NCBI GenBank assembly: GCA_964627795.1
Contig: CAZVLF010000002.1
Location: 24,576 to 88,575 of the forward strand
From: an uncultured Rickettsiales bacterium
GTDB taxonomy: Bacteria; Pseudomonadota; Alphaproteobacteria; Rickettsiales; CANDYO01
Reading direction: 5' to 3'
Length of the DNA: 64,000 nucleotides
Made by a program: the position numbers and the translations under genes. How positions within the stretch are numbered: position 1 is the stretch's first letter; every line of letters starts with the position of its first letter. Of the stretch, positions 1 to 9,285 are shown piece by piece. Under the pieces are notes generated by a model. That model saw only the letters and a list, made by a program, of their open reading frames with translations. It searched no databases and was not told the origin of the DNA.

Positions 1-576
1 AAGGTTGTTCGTATAAGAATGAGCCATAGTAACTGTGCAGTTATTCTGAAGTAAGAGATATGACATAGGTTTTCCAACAATATTTGACCTACCTATAACT
101 AAAGCATTTTTGCCTGCAATTTCTTCTACTACAGATTTAATTAAAACTAGGCATCCTTGAGGTGTGCAAGGAATAAAACAATCTTGACCTGTAATTAATT
201 TGCCAAAATTTGTTGAAGTAAATCCATCAACATCTTTAAGAGGGTCAATTGTATTAATTATGTTGACTGTATTAATCTGCTTAGGCAATGGAAGTTGAAC
301 TAGAATACCATCTACTCTATAATCTTTATTAAGTTGATCAATAACTTTTATAAGATCTTTTTCTTTTATATTTTCGTCTAAATAATATTCAAAAGAATTT
401 ATTCCTATTTTTTTACAAGCTGCAATTTTATTCTTGATGTAAAGCTTGCTTGCAGGATTATTTCCTACTAATATAACAGCAAGCCCGGGTGACAATTTTT
501 CTTTAATAATTGTTTCCTTTAGCTGTTCTCTTATATTATTAGCAATTGCTTTGCCATCAATAATTATTGCGCTCAT
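1..576 (-). CDS. folD: Bifunctional methylene-THF dehydrogenase/cyclohydrolase FolD (C-terminus outside window)
   Basis: Minus-strand ORF runs off the left edge. The ATG at 576-574 abuts the upstream stop at 577-579. My translation is MSAIIIDGKAIANNIREQLKETIIKEKLSPGLAVILVGNNPASKLYIKNKIA..., a typical FolD N-terminus. Confidence 0.85.
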   Translation of the reverse strand, partial: MSAIIIDGKAIANNIREQLKETIIKEKLSPGLAVILVGNNPASKLYIKNKIAACKKIGINSFEYYLDENIKEKDLIKVIDQLNKDYRVDGILVQLPLPKQINTVNIINTIDPLKDVDGFTSTNFGKLITGQDCFIPCTPQGCLVLIKSVVEEIAGKNALVIGRSNIVGKPMSYLLLQNNCTVTMAHSYTNNL

Positions 577-1575
577 CTAAGCTCCAACGCCTTTGGTAGT
601 TGAGTGTTCAAAGTGAAGTAATTCACCAGGAAATACTAGAGAATAAATTGCATGGCAGGCGATTGCACATTCACTAAAACCAGTTAAGATAAGTTTCAAT
701 TTTCCAGGATAAGAACATATATCTCCCACGGCAAATATGCCTTCTACATTAGTTTCCATAGTAGCTGGATTAATGCTTAAATGTTTTTTATGGATATCTA
801 GTCCCCAATTTTCAATTGGTCCTATATCCATGGCAAGCCCATAAAATGATAATAAGATATCAGTTTCAATTTCTTTAGAATTTTCTTCTAAATCTTTTAC
901 TATAACTTTTTCTAAAGTTCCATTTTCTCCAACTAACTCATCCAGCTGATAAGGAGTTATAATTTTAATTTTATTTGTTTTAGATAGTTCAAGAAGTTGT
1001 TGGTGGCTGTTTGGAGCACAACGAAATTTATCACGACGGTGAATTAAAGTTACATCAGCTATTTCAGAAAGGGATAAAGCCCAGTCTACTGCCGAGTCTC
1101 CTCCACCTGCTATAGTAATTTTTTTACCACGAAAATCTTCTTTGCGCTTTACCATGTAAAAAACGCTTTTTCCTTCATATTGCTCAAGGTTTAAAAGAGG
1201 AGGGCGGTTTGGGCCAAAAGCTCCAGCCCCAGCTGCAATAATAACTGCTTTTGCTTCAATTACGTTTCCTGCACTGGTTTCTAAAATAAAGTTTCCATCT
1301 TTTTTGCTTAAATGTTCAACTCTTTGATTTAAATGAAAGACTGGCTCAAAAGGTTCTATTTGCTGAACTAGATTTTCAATTAAATCTTTAGCTAAAATTT
1401 GAGGGAAAGCGGGAATATCATAAATAGGTTTTTCAGGGTATAAGCTTATGCATTGCCCTCCAACTGCTTCAAGTGTATCAATAACATGACATTTCATTTT
1501 TAGCATTCCAGCTTGAAATACTGAAAAAAGACCAACTGGCCCTGCTCCAATTATTGCTATATCTGTTTTAATCAT
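577..1575 (-). CDS. Thioredoxin-reductase-type ferredoxin-NADP+ reductase
   Basis: 332 aa. FAD fold IAIIGAGPVGL and second dinucleotide motif ITIAGGGDSAVDWAL are present. The layout is TrxR-like, but no CxxC redox pair precedes the second motif. Confidence 0.8.
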   Translation of the reverse strand: MIKTDIAIIGAGPVGLFSVFQAGMLKMKCHVIDTLEAVGGQCISLYPEKPIYDIPAFPQILAKDLIENLVQQIEPFEPVFHLNQRVEHLSKKDGNFILETSAGNVIEAKAVIIAAGAGAFGPNRPPLLNLEQYEGKSVFYMVKRKEDFRGKKITIAGGGDSAVDWALSLSEIADVTLIHRRDKFRCAPNSHQQLLELSKTNKIKIITPYQLDELVGENGTLEKVIVKDLEENSKEIETDILLSFYGLAMDIGPIENWGLDIHKKHLSINPATMETNVEGIFAVGDICSYPGKLKLILTGFSECAIACHAIYSLVFPGELLHFEHSTTKGVGA

Positions 1576-1758
1576 AGTAATAAACCTTATAAAAATATTT
1601 GAGCAAGTTTACTCAAAACCAATCATTAAAATTTGTCAATAGAGTTTACATAAAAAAAATAAACTTACAAGTTTAAGCTTGCCTAGCCGCTCATTTCAAT
1701 AAATATTTTTTATTTTTAGTATGGATAATTACTTTAAGCTTCTTGGCCAAATAATCTT

Positions 1759-2052
1759 TTAATATAACTTGCTATCTAATATATATAGAGTTTCACCAAT
1801 AGTTGTAGTTTTTATCTCATTATGTTCAAAATAATACTGACTCAAATTTCCTTCATTCTCAGCGCTTAGAGCTTCTTCAACGGTGGGTTTCCCTGTTTTT
1901 AGGGCTTCTACTTGAGAATATTCTAGGAATTTTAAAGCTTCTTCGACAGTAACCTTTCCTGTTTTTAACGCCATAAATTGTAGGTGATTGTAATTGCTTG
2001 GGTAAAATATTGTATGTATAAAAGGCTTTATATACCTATCATGTTTGCTCAA
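1759..2052 (-). CDS. Hypothetical 97-aa protein with a tandem ALKTGK(V/P)TVEEAL repeat
   Basis: ORF track. TTG start overlaps the upstream stop by 4 nt. An internal 22-aa period repeat is visible in both protein and DNA (1868-1905 vs 1934-1971). Confidence 0.4.
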   Translation of the reverse strand: MSKHDRYIKPFIHTIFYPSNYNHLQFMALKTGKVTVEEALKFLEYSQVEALKTGKPTVEEALSAENEGNLSQYYFEHNEIKTTTIGETLYILDSKLY

Positions 2053-2375
2053 GTAATTCTGATAAAAAGATATGCATCAAAAATAAAAAGCACTCCTGAA
2101 GCAATATTACTATATTTATAAATAACGCTTGGATGAAAAATAGGTAGAGAAATTTTTAATTTATCATCAAATGTTTCAAGAAAAGCTAAAATATTCTGGG
2201 CATTATCTATGCCATATTTAGCGGAAATCCATGAATATGCTGCTTCTTTATAATTAGGAGAGGTTGTTGAGAAATTGTTTCCAAAATCTGAGAACATTAC
2301 TTCGAAGTTAGGAGATGGAGTGCTATATAAATATTTTACAAATAATTTTAAAGCTTGTGGTAATAAAGAAAACAT
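2049..2375 (-). CDS. Hypothetical 108-aa protein
   Basis: ORF track only. It is co-oriented with and overlaps the next small ORF. No recognisable motif. Confidence 0.35.
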   Translation of the reverse strand: MFSLLPQALKLFVKYLYSTPSPNFEVMFSDFGNNFSTTSPNYKEAAYSWISAKYGIDNAQNILAFLETFDDKLKISLPIFHPSVIYKYSNIASGVLFIFDAYLFIRIT

Positions 2376-2501
2376 ATTTTATCATATAATGCTGAATAGA
2401 CTTAGCCAATCTATAATATATTAATTATTTTGTCAATGAATATTGAAATGCATTAGCTTATTTGGATGATTAATTTATACAAATTTTATAAAATAGACAT
2501 A

Positions 2502-3812
2502 TTATGTTAAGTTAAGTGATATATCGTTTGGTGAATAGACATCAATTAATTCATTTTTACAAATGCCATTATCTTGCCACATAGAGCATGCATCATTCAA
2601 TTGATTTATTATATCTTCTTCATCTATTAAGCTTTTAAAGTGATCTAGAGAAACCTGACATAATTCTTTACAAACGGGCTTATATTCTATATTAAAATCT
2701 ACTTTTTCTTCGACGCATAAATTGGCTATTTTTTCTCCAAATGGTGGCATTATAAAATGCTTATTATATGGTAATTGGAGTAATAATTTTTGCTTCTCAA
2801 ACTCAAATTTTATTAAATATCCATAATATAGTTCAAGATTAGTGATGTTAGAGGTGATAAATGGCTCTAATTGTTCTGAGGTAATATTGCTATTTGGAGA
2901 CCATAGCTTAATAAATTGTGGATAATAATTTTTGCGCATTTCAATTATTTCATCTATTCTTGCTAAAATAGCTTGATTGCTTTGAGCTTGTTCTATATCT
3001 ACAGGAAGTTCTAATAAAATGGTGCCAGTGCTTGGATCTTCAGTTTTCCACCTTATAGCATAGTCATCACCATAAACAGATTTCATAAAGTTGCTGACTA
3101 TATATCTATCAGGATCATTTAAGTTAGCAGGACGATAAATTCTATCTGAGAATATGAATCCTCCGACAAATGAATAATCCCTTTTGATTAAAATTTCATC
3201 GGTATAAAAATTAGCAAGATGATGTGGTAAACCAGAGTCTCGGTATGTATTAATAGCCACTGATACGCAATTTTGGAAGTGATCTATATATTTATATAAT
3301 CCATTACTAGCAGATTCATAAATTGAATTAACTGCCTGATAAACATCCTTAGCTTGTTTATTAGTTAAATATAAGTTCATGGTGTGAGTAGGTTTTTCTG
3401 TGGTTTGATTATTTGTTTTATCTACCATATATTTTAACAAATGGCCACTTGGGGAAAAATCGTAAATAAAGTCATGTTCTTTATTTTCATCGCATGTATT
3501 GCATTTAAGCTGAACTGATCCATGAATGTCTGTCATTTTTATTGAAAAAATATTATGATTTAATTCTTCAGAATTAGTAATTAAAGTGTGAGGAGCAAAT
3601 TGCATTAGTTGAGCATGCAGTTCTGCAGGAAGGATATTTTCAACTAAAACTAAAGTACCATCTTCAAGTAAAAATCTACTTAATCCTTCGCTTTGAGCGA
3701 TCACTAAATTGGCAAAATCAATTCTATTAGCTAGTTCTTGGTTAAGCTCGCCACTTTCTAATTGATAATAAAGGCGACTAGTAATGGGATCATTTTTTAA
3801 AGTATAGCTCAT
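2502..3812 (-). CDS. Hypothetical 436-aa protein
   Basis: Long uninterrupted ORF in an AT-rich context with an ATG start. No motif recognised. It is divergent from the paralog operon across a 537-nt spacer. Confidence 0.6.
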   Translation of the reverse strand: MSYTLKNDPITSRLYYQLESGELNQELANRIDFANLVIAQSEGLSRFLLEDGTLVLVENILPAELHAQLMQFAPHTLITNSEELNHNIFSIKMTDIHGSVQLKCNTCDENKEHDFIYDFSPSGHLLKYMVDKTNNQTTEKPTHTMNLYLTNKQAKDVYQAVNSIYESASNGLYKYIDHFQNCVSVAINTYRDSGLPHHLANFYTDEILIKRDYSFVGGFIFSDRIYRPANLNDPDRYIVSNFMKSVYGDDYAIRWKTEDPSTGTILLELPVDIEQAQSNQAILARIDEIIEMRKNYYPQFIKLWSPNSNITSEQLEPFITSNITNLELYYGYLIKFEFEKQKLLLQLPYNKHFIMPPFGEKIANLCVEEKVDFNIEYKPVCKELCQVSLDHFKSLIDEEDIINQLNDACSMWQDNGICKNELIDVYSPNDISLNLT

Positions 3813-4349
3813 AATATTCTATAATATTAATTTTTTAATGATTATATAATATATTAATTATTTTTAATATGCAAGTAAAGATTTATTAAATATTGATTAT
3901 ATGGTTTGTTTTTAAAATTTTTAATTTGGGAATTAATTATTCAAATTGATTTAATAGTAATAGGCTTTCAATATTAGCAATTCTCTAAATTATATTTATA
4001 TAATTATGTTTCATAGCCTTGATATCGATCCTCCAACAGTAGGAATAACTTTAGCTTTAATATCAATTGGTTTAGTTAAAAGATTTTAGCTAGTAAACTA
4101 TTATATATTGCTTGAATCTAAGATTATACAGCAAGATGATATTGAAAATCAGCATAATTGCAAGCTTATTTAAGCTGGCTTTCTTTGTGATTGTTTAAAT
4201 TAGAAACCTAAGGAATAAATTAATTATGAAATATAGTTATCTTAAAGAATTTTTAATATAAGTATATTATTTATTTTTTGTTAATAGTTTTTTAATTTTT
4301 TAAGTTTAGCATTAAACTGAATAATTAACAAAATTATAAAGGAGTTAAA

Positions 4350-6704
4350 ATGAGTGAGTTTATACAATTGGGCTACCACCTAAAAGAGGAAATAGAGGCT
4401 TTATATAAGCAAGCTAAAATTGTTTTAGATAAAGATAATTCAGATGAAAAGGCGTACTTGGTTGGAAAATTAGAAAGTTTTCTTGGATTACCACGTTTTA
4501 CCATTGGTGATTTAAATAACTTATATGCAATTTTTATTCAATATCTAAGATCCTCAAATAAAGAAACAAAAATAGAAATTTATCTTGCTGCAGAAGCAAT
4601 AGCAAATAATATATTAGTTATGATGAATAACTATAAAATAGGTTACTCAAACTTATTTACCACTAATGGATTAAAGGATCACTTTTTTGGTGCATCATAT
4701 AGTAATATAATTTCTCAAATTAAAGAAGAAGTTGCAAGCCATGGTTATAGTAGTCGTGCTAACCTTATAAGTGCTATTGCTAGATCATTAAATTCTGTAA
4801 AAGATAATTCTCTTAATAACATGATGATTGATTATTACTATGGGGGACTTTTGGGAGAAGAAATTCAGCCAAAAATGTCTTCTATTACAATTCCTGATAA
4901 CAATGTGGATCAATATATATTAGCTTCCAATATATATAATGCATTAAGCAATGGTAAAACTTTATCTTATATTCCAACCGTGATTGAGCTATTAGAATTA
5001 GTTAATGATTCATATTTAAGCAGCAGTCAGATATTATCAAATTTAAAAAATTTTATAACTTCTAATATTATTCCTAATTCAAGTATTTATCTTTTATCTA
5101 TTTTAATTGTTGCTTCTGTAACTAATTCGCAAGTTAATGATTTAGATGATTTGCAAGAAATAGTTTTAAACCATAAGTTATTGGTTTCTAAATTGATCCT
5201 AGATATGGAAGTTTCTGCTAAATCAGTTGATGAAATTAAATCAAATATTTTAGCTATGGATGAAAATTCTAATCAATATAAATTAGTTGTTGGAATATAT
5301 AATTCTTTTAATGCTTTTGGAGAATCTGCTGTTTCAGGTGCTACTGATCTTATAAGCGCTATTTATAACGTTGAAGAAGCTGATAATTTAGTTGATATCC
5401 AAAGTAGTATATATAATTTAAATACTGATGAATTTAACAGCCATAAAGAACTTGCTTTAGCTATAGCAAGCATACTTGGCTCATTAGACACAAGCCTTTT
5501 GAAAAACTTAGCTCTAGATATGGCAGCTTCAGGTAATCAAGTAAGTACTATAACTAATAACTTACAATATGTTAATGGAGTAGCAAATCCTGCAAATATT
5601 GCTTATGAAGTATATAGAGCTTTTTATCTAGGAAGCCATTATTCGCAATTAGCATCAAGCATTGAAAATCATCTTTCTCTTACATCTACGGTAGCTCAAG
5701 ATTTTGTTAGTTCAATTCAACAATTATCTGTAAGTAGTAATATCAATAATTATAGCGATTTAGCTTATTCTATAGCAAGCTTAATAGAGCCATATAGTTC
5801 TGATTTAGCAGCAGGTTTATTCACTGATCTAGAAAATATACCTATAAGCATAGATAAAACTAAAAATTATTTAGAATATATAAATGGACAATCAGCTTCA
5901 GATGTTGCAGCAAGTATGTATTATGCTTGGAGTACTTCATATTTATCCATGATGAAAGGAGCTCAGGCATTAGCAAGTGCACTCGAAGAAAATAATATTC
6001 ATTCTAGCGATATAAGAGATTACTTTACCAATAATAATGTAATATCTCATAGATTTGATGAAACAGATAAATATGCGATTTCTACTTCTATTGCTAAATC
6101 AATAACTGGGAATGTTGATAATAGTAATCTTATCAATAGTTTATACCAAGATTTAGCTTATTCTAACCAAGAGCCATCAACTATAATTAATATCCTCAAG
6201 AATATCAATGGTGAAGATGAAATAGCAATAACTGCCAACTTATATCGTTCTCTTAATTTTCCTGAACTTTCAGGTGAAAGAGGAATGTTAGATTTGGCTA
6301 ATGCAATCAAGGAATATCATGATTCTGATTATATCCAGAGCCTAAATAGTGTTTTAGGTGATACTGACGTTGCTCCTAAAGCAAAATACTTAAATAAATG
6401 CTTAAAAGAGGGAGATACATATAGTGTTGTTGGCTCAATCTTCTATAGATATGATGATTCAGCGAGCGGCAAAGCTTTAAGTGAAATGAAAGATCTTTAT
6501 ACAGTTACAGGCAGAGAATATGCAACCACCCAATGTTCTCAATATATGATAAATAATTATGTTTATGGATTATATTTAACCACAACAAAACCGGCTGGAG
6601 TAGTAGGTAACTCAGAACAAACTGGTTGCACAGAGCTATTATCACCTAGTGTTTTTATGGCTTATTGTGAATCAGTATTTACCGATATTGAAAATATTAT
6701 TTAA
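4350..6704 (+). CDS. Unknown-family large protein, tandem paralog 1 of 3 (784 aa)
   Basis: AAGGAG lies 5 nt upstream of the ATG. The 2.35-kb ORF is collinear with the next two ORFs. No signal peptide or TM segment. C-terminus is conserved: ...TKPAGVVGNSEQTGCTELLSPSVFMAYCESVF. Confidence 0.85.
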   Translation: MSEFIQLGYHLKEEIEALYKQAKIVLDKDNSDEKAYLVGKLESFLGLPRFTIGDLNNLYAIFIQYLRSSNKETKIEIYLAAEAIANNILVMMNNYKIGYSNLFTTNGLKDHFFGASYSNIISQIKEEVASHGYSSRANLISAIARSLNSVKDNSLNNMMIDYYYGGLLGEEIQPKMSSITIPDNNVDQYILASNIYNALSNGKTLSYIPTVIELLELVNDSYLSSSQILSNLKNFITSNIIPNSSIYLLSILIVASVTNSQVNDLDDLQEIVLNHKLLVSKLILDMEVSAKSVDEIKSNILAMDENSNQYKLVVGIYNSFNAFGESAVSGATDLISAIYNVEEADNLVDIQSSIYNLNTDEFNSHKELALAIASILGSLDTSLLKNLALDMAASGNQVSTITNNLQYVNGVANPANIAYEVYRAFYLGSHYSQLASSIENHLSLTSTVAQDFVSSIQQLSVSSNINNYSDLAYSIASLIEPYSSDLAAGLFTDLENIPISIDKTKNYLEYINGQSASDVAASMYYAWSTSYLSMMKGAQALASALEENNIHSSDIRDYFTNNNVISHRFDETDKYAISTSIAKSITGNVDNSNLINSLYQDLAYSNQEPSTIINILKNINGEDEIAITANLYRSLNFPELSGERGMLDLANAIKEYHDSDYIQSLNSVLGDTDVAPKAKYLNKCLKEGDTYSVVGSIFYRYDDSASGKALSEMKDLYTVTGREYATTQCSQYMINNYVYGLYLTTTKPAGVVGNSEQTGCTELLSPSVFMAYCESVFTDIENII

Positions 6705-6738
6705 AAATTTTAAAAGATAAAAATTAAAGGAGAATAAG

Positions 6739-9249
6739 ATGACACCTATTATCCATCAAAAAACTGGATTTGAAATTAAAAAAGAAATAGCGGATGTCTA
6801 TAAAAGAATTAAATATAAACTATCTTCAGATAATTCTGAAAAGTCTCTTAGCTTAAAAGATGCAATTGAAACTTATGTGGCTTCAAATAGGCCACATGTA
6901 AATAAACTTAATGAGCTAATTACCAAAATTTATACTTACCAAAATAGTTTAGATAAAGATATTTCAAAAGAAAAGTTTATTGCCGCTGAGGAATTATTAA
7001 ATGTTATTAAAAATAGTCTTCACGCAATTAAACTTGGTAATGCTTATATTTCTAATACTGATGCTGCCAAGTATAATATTTTTGGAGGAAAATATGCTGA
7101 GATGGAGCATGTTATAAAAAATGATGTTCTTGATTTAGCAGATTTTAGCTATTCTGAGTTGTTTAAATTAATTATGAGGGATTATAACTCTGCTTCACAG
7201 CAAGATTTTCCTGACAATATGTTATTAGACTTTTATTCAGGTGGATTAACTAGCAGTGAAATAAAAGAAAATTTTTTAAATATTTCTCCTCAATATAACA
7301 AATATGGAGTTTCATCTCAAATCTATAACGCTATAAACAAGTTTAAAAATCTTTCTAATATTGAAGGTGCTAATTTATTGGTAGATAGAATAACTAGTCT
7401 TCTTCAAACAACTAATAGTAATGGAGATCAGTGGTCTATTTCTCACATTATTGCTGCATGGAAAAATATGATAAGTGGTTTTGCACAGAATGTTAATTAT
7501 AATCAAGAAAAATTTCATGAAATTATTCCTTTGTTATTGATTGCCAATCTATATGATTCAGAAGAAATATATCAACATCAGGGACAATTAAATTTATTAG
7601 AGGGCTTTACTGATTTAATAACTTCTTTAACACTTGATATATATGATACTAAACTTTCACCATCAGAATTAGTTAGTCAAATTACTCTATTAGAGGATGA
7701 TTACCCTAACCCTCAAGCCTTAGTAGCTGATTTATATAATAAAATTCAAAGTTCAAAATATTCTCGTATTACAGGTGAGTATGAGTTGATGAAGACATTG
7801 ATTCCTTCTAATGTATATAATATTTACACTGAATCTTCAGATATACAAAGTTTATCTGATCGAGCAATTCAATATTGGCAAGATTATTTAGATAAACTAT
7901 TGCCTGAAGAATATTCTTACCATGATTTAGCAAGTTTTGTATGTGCTGTTAGTTCAAGTGTAACCCCAGATCCAGAGCTTGTTAGAATGGTTGAAATGGA
8001 TATGATTGGAACGGGTTATAGTGCAGGGGTAATTGCTAGCAATATATTTAATTATATGTTACCAGCGCAAAACCAAATCTTTTCAAATACTGCATCATTT
8101 ACAAATTCTTATTTAAGGTTAGGTTATATACCTTACCTTACAATGGCAAATAATATATATAAGTCTTTTAGTTTAGGAACATATTACTTAAATTTAGCTT
8201 CTGCAGTAGAAAATTCACTCCAATTAACTTCAACACCAGTAGAAAATTTTGTTGATTCTATCCATAGCCTTTCTTCTAATATAAATATTGAAAGTTATAA
8301 TGATTTAGCAGTTGCAATAGCTAGCTTAATAACTCCATATAGTTCAGAGCATGTTGTAGGTTTAGAAACGGATCTTAATATTGCAAGTGTTGATATTAAT
8401 AATATAAAAAATTATCTTGGAATGGTTAATGGAGTGACTTCTTCATCAGTTGCAGCTAATATATATAACTCTTGGAGTGGAGCCTATATTTCCTCGATGG
8501 AAGGAGCTAGAGCATTAGCTTCTGATATAGATAATAGTCATATTGAAGCTAGTGATATAAACGCTTTTTTTGTTCAAAATAGCATCATAGCTAAACAATA
8601 TGATCAAGATTATAATTATGCTCTAGCTATGACTTTAAATAATCTAGTAAATAATGGAAATAACAATCCAGTACTTTTAAATGGTCTTTATCAAGATTTC
8701 GTTGCTTCCGGATTAAGCAAAGATCAAATTATATCAATTCTTAAAAATATAGAAGGGAATAATGGAGCTTATATTGCAGCGAATTTATATAGAGCTTTAC
8801 ATTTTCCTTATTTGTCTTCTATACCTGGATATAATGATTTGGCTGATTTAGTAGAGGAATACCATAATTCTGATTATGTTATAACTCATAATACTTTGGT
8901 TGGAAGCCAAGATATTTCTCCAAAAACAAAGTTTTTAAATATCTGTACTAAAGACGGTGATACCTATACGACAGGAGCATCTGTATTCAGTAAGTTTGAT
9001 TCAAATAATGATGGTAAATCTTTATATGCTATGCAAGAGTTGTTTACTATTTCAGGTAGAGAATCTGCAAGAGCACAATGTGGTAAATATGTTTCACTAC
9101 ATCATGCAGAAGACCTTTATTTAACTCTCACTAAGCCTGCAGGAATTATAGGAACAGCTGAAGAAACTGGGTGTACAGAAAATCTAGAACCATCTATTTT
9201 CTTAGCATATTGTGAAGCAGTTTTTGCTCAGTGGAACTTGATAATATAA
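6739..9249 (+). CDS. Unknown-family large protein, tandem paralog 2 of 3 (836 aa)
   Basis: AAGGAG lies 6 nt upstream of the ATG, and the spacer to paralog 1 is 34 nt. C-terminus: ...TKPAGIIGTAEETGCTENLEPSIFLAYCEAVF. Confidence 0.85.
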   Translation: MTPIIHQKTGFEIKKEIADVYKRIKYKLSSDNSEKSLSLKDAIETYVASNRPHVNKLNELITKIYTYQNSLDKDISKEKFIAAEELLNVIKNSLHAIKLGNAYISNTDAAKYNIFGGKYAEMEHVIKNDVLDLADFSYSELFKLIMRDYNSASQQDFPDNMLLDFYSGGLTSSEIKENFLNISPQYNKYGVSSQIYNAINKFKNLSNIEGANLLVDRITSLLQTTNSNGDQWSISHIIAAWKNMISGFAQNVNYNQEKFHEIIPLLLIANLYDSEEIYQHQGQLNLLEGFTDLITSLTLDIYDTKLSPSELVSQITLLEDDYPNPQALVADLYNKIQSSKYSRITGEYELMKTLIPSNVYNIYTESSDIQSLSDRAIQYWQDYLDKLLPEEYSYHDLASFVCAVSSSVTPDPELVRMVEMDMIGTGYSAGVIASNIFNYMLPAQNQIFSNTASFTNSYLRLGYIPYLTMANNIYKSFSLGTYYLNLASAVENSLQLTSTPVENFVDSIHSLSSNINIESYNDLAVAIASLITPYSSEHVVGLETDLNIASVDINNIKNYLGMVNGVTSSSVAANIYNSWSGAYISSMEGARALASDIDNSHIEASDINAFFVQNSIIAKQYDQDYNYALAMTLNNLVNNGNNNPVLLNGLYQDFVASGLSKDQIISILKNIEGNNGAYIAANLYRALHFPYLSSIPGYNDLADLVEEYHNSDYVITHNTLVGSQDISPKTKFLNICTKDGDTYTTGASVFSKFDSNNDGKSLYAMQELFTISGRESARAQCGKYVSLHHAEDLYLTLTKPAGIIGTAEETGCTENLEPSIFLAYCEAVFAQWNLII

Positions 9250-9285
9250 TTTTATTTTGAATAAATAAGCTAAAAGGAGATATAA

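Noticed and set aside
4006-4089. A 27-codon hydrophobic mini-ORF (MFHSLDIDPPTVGITLALISIGLVKRF) lies in the spacer upstream of the paralog operon.
   Set aside because: It has no SD, it is short, and such ORFs arise by chance. There is no supporting evidence.
8986-9045. I considered calling the D-x-N-x-D-G-K loop of the paralogs a canonical Ca2+-binding EF-hand.
   Set aside because: The conserved acidic residue is at loop position 14 rather than 12, and position 8 is Ala or Ser rather than Ile, Leu or Val. I therefore report it only as EF-hand-like.
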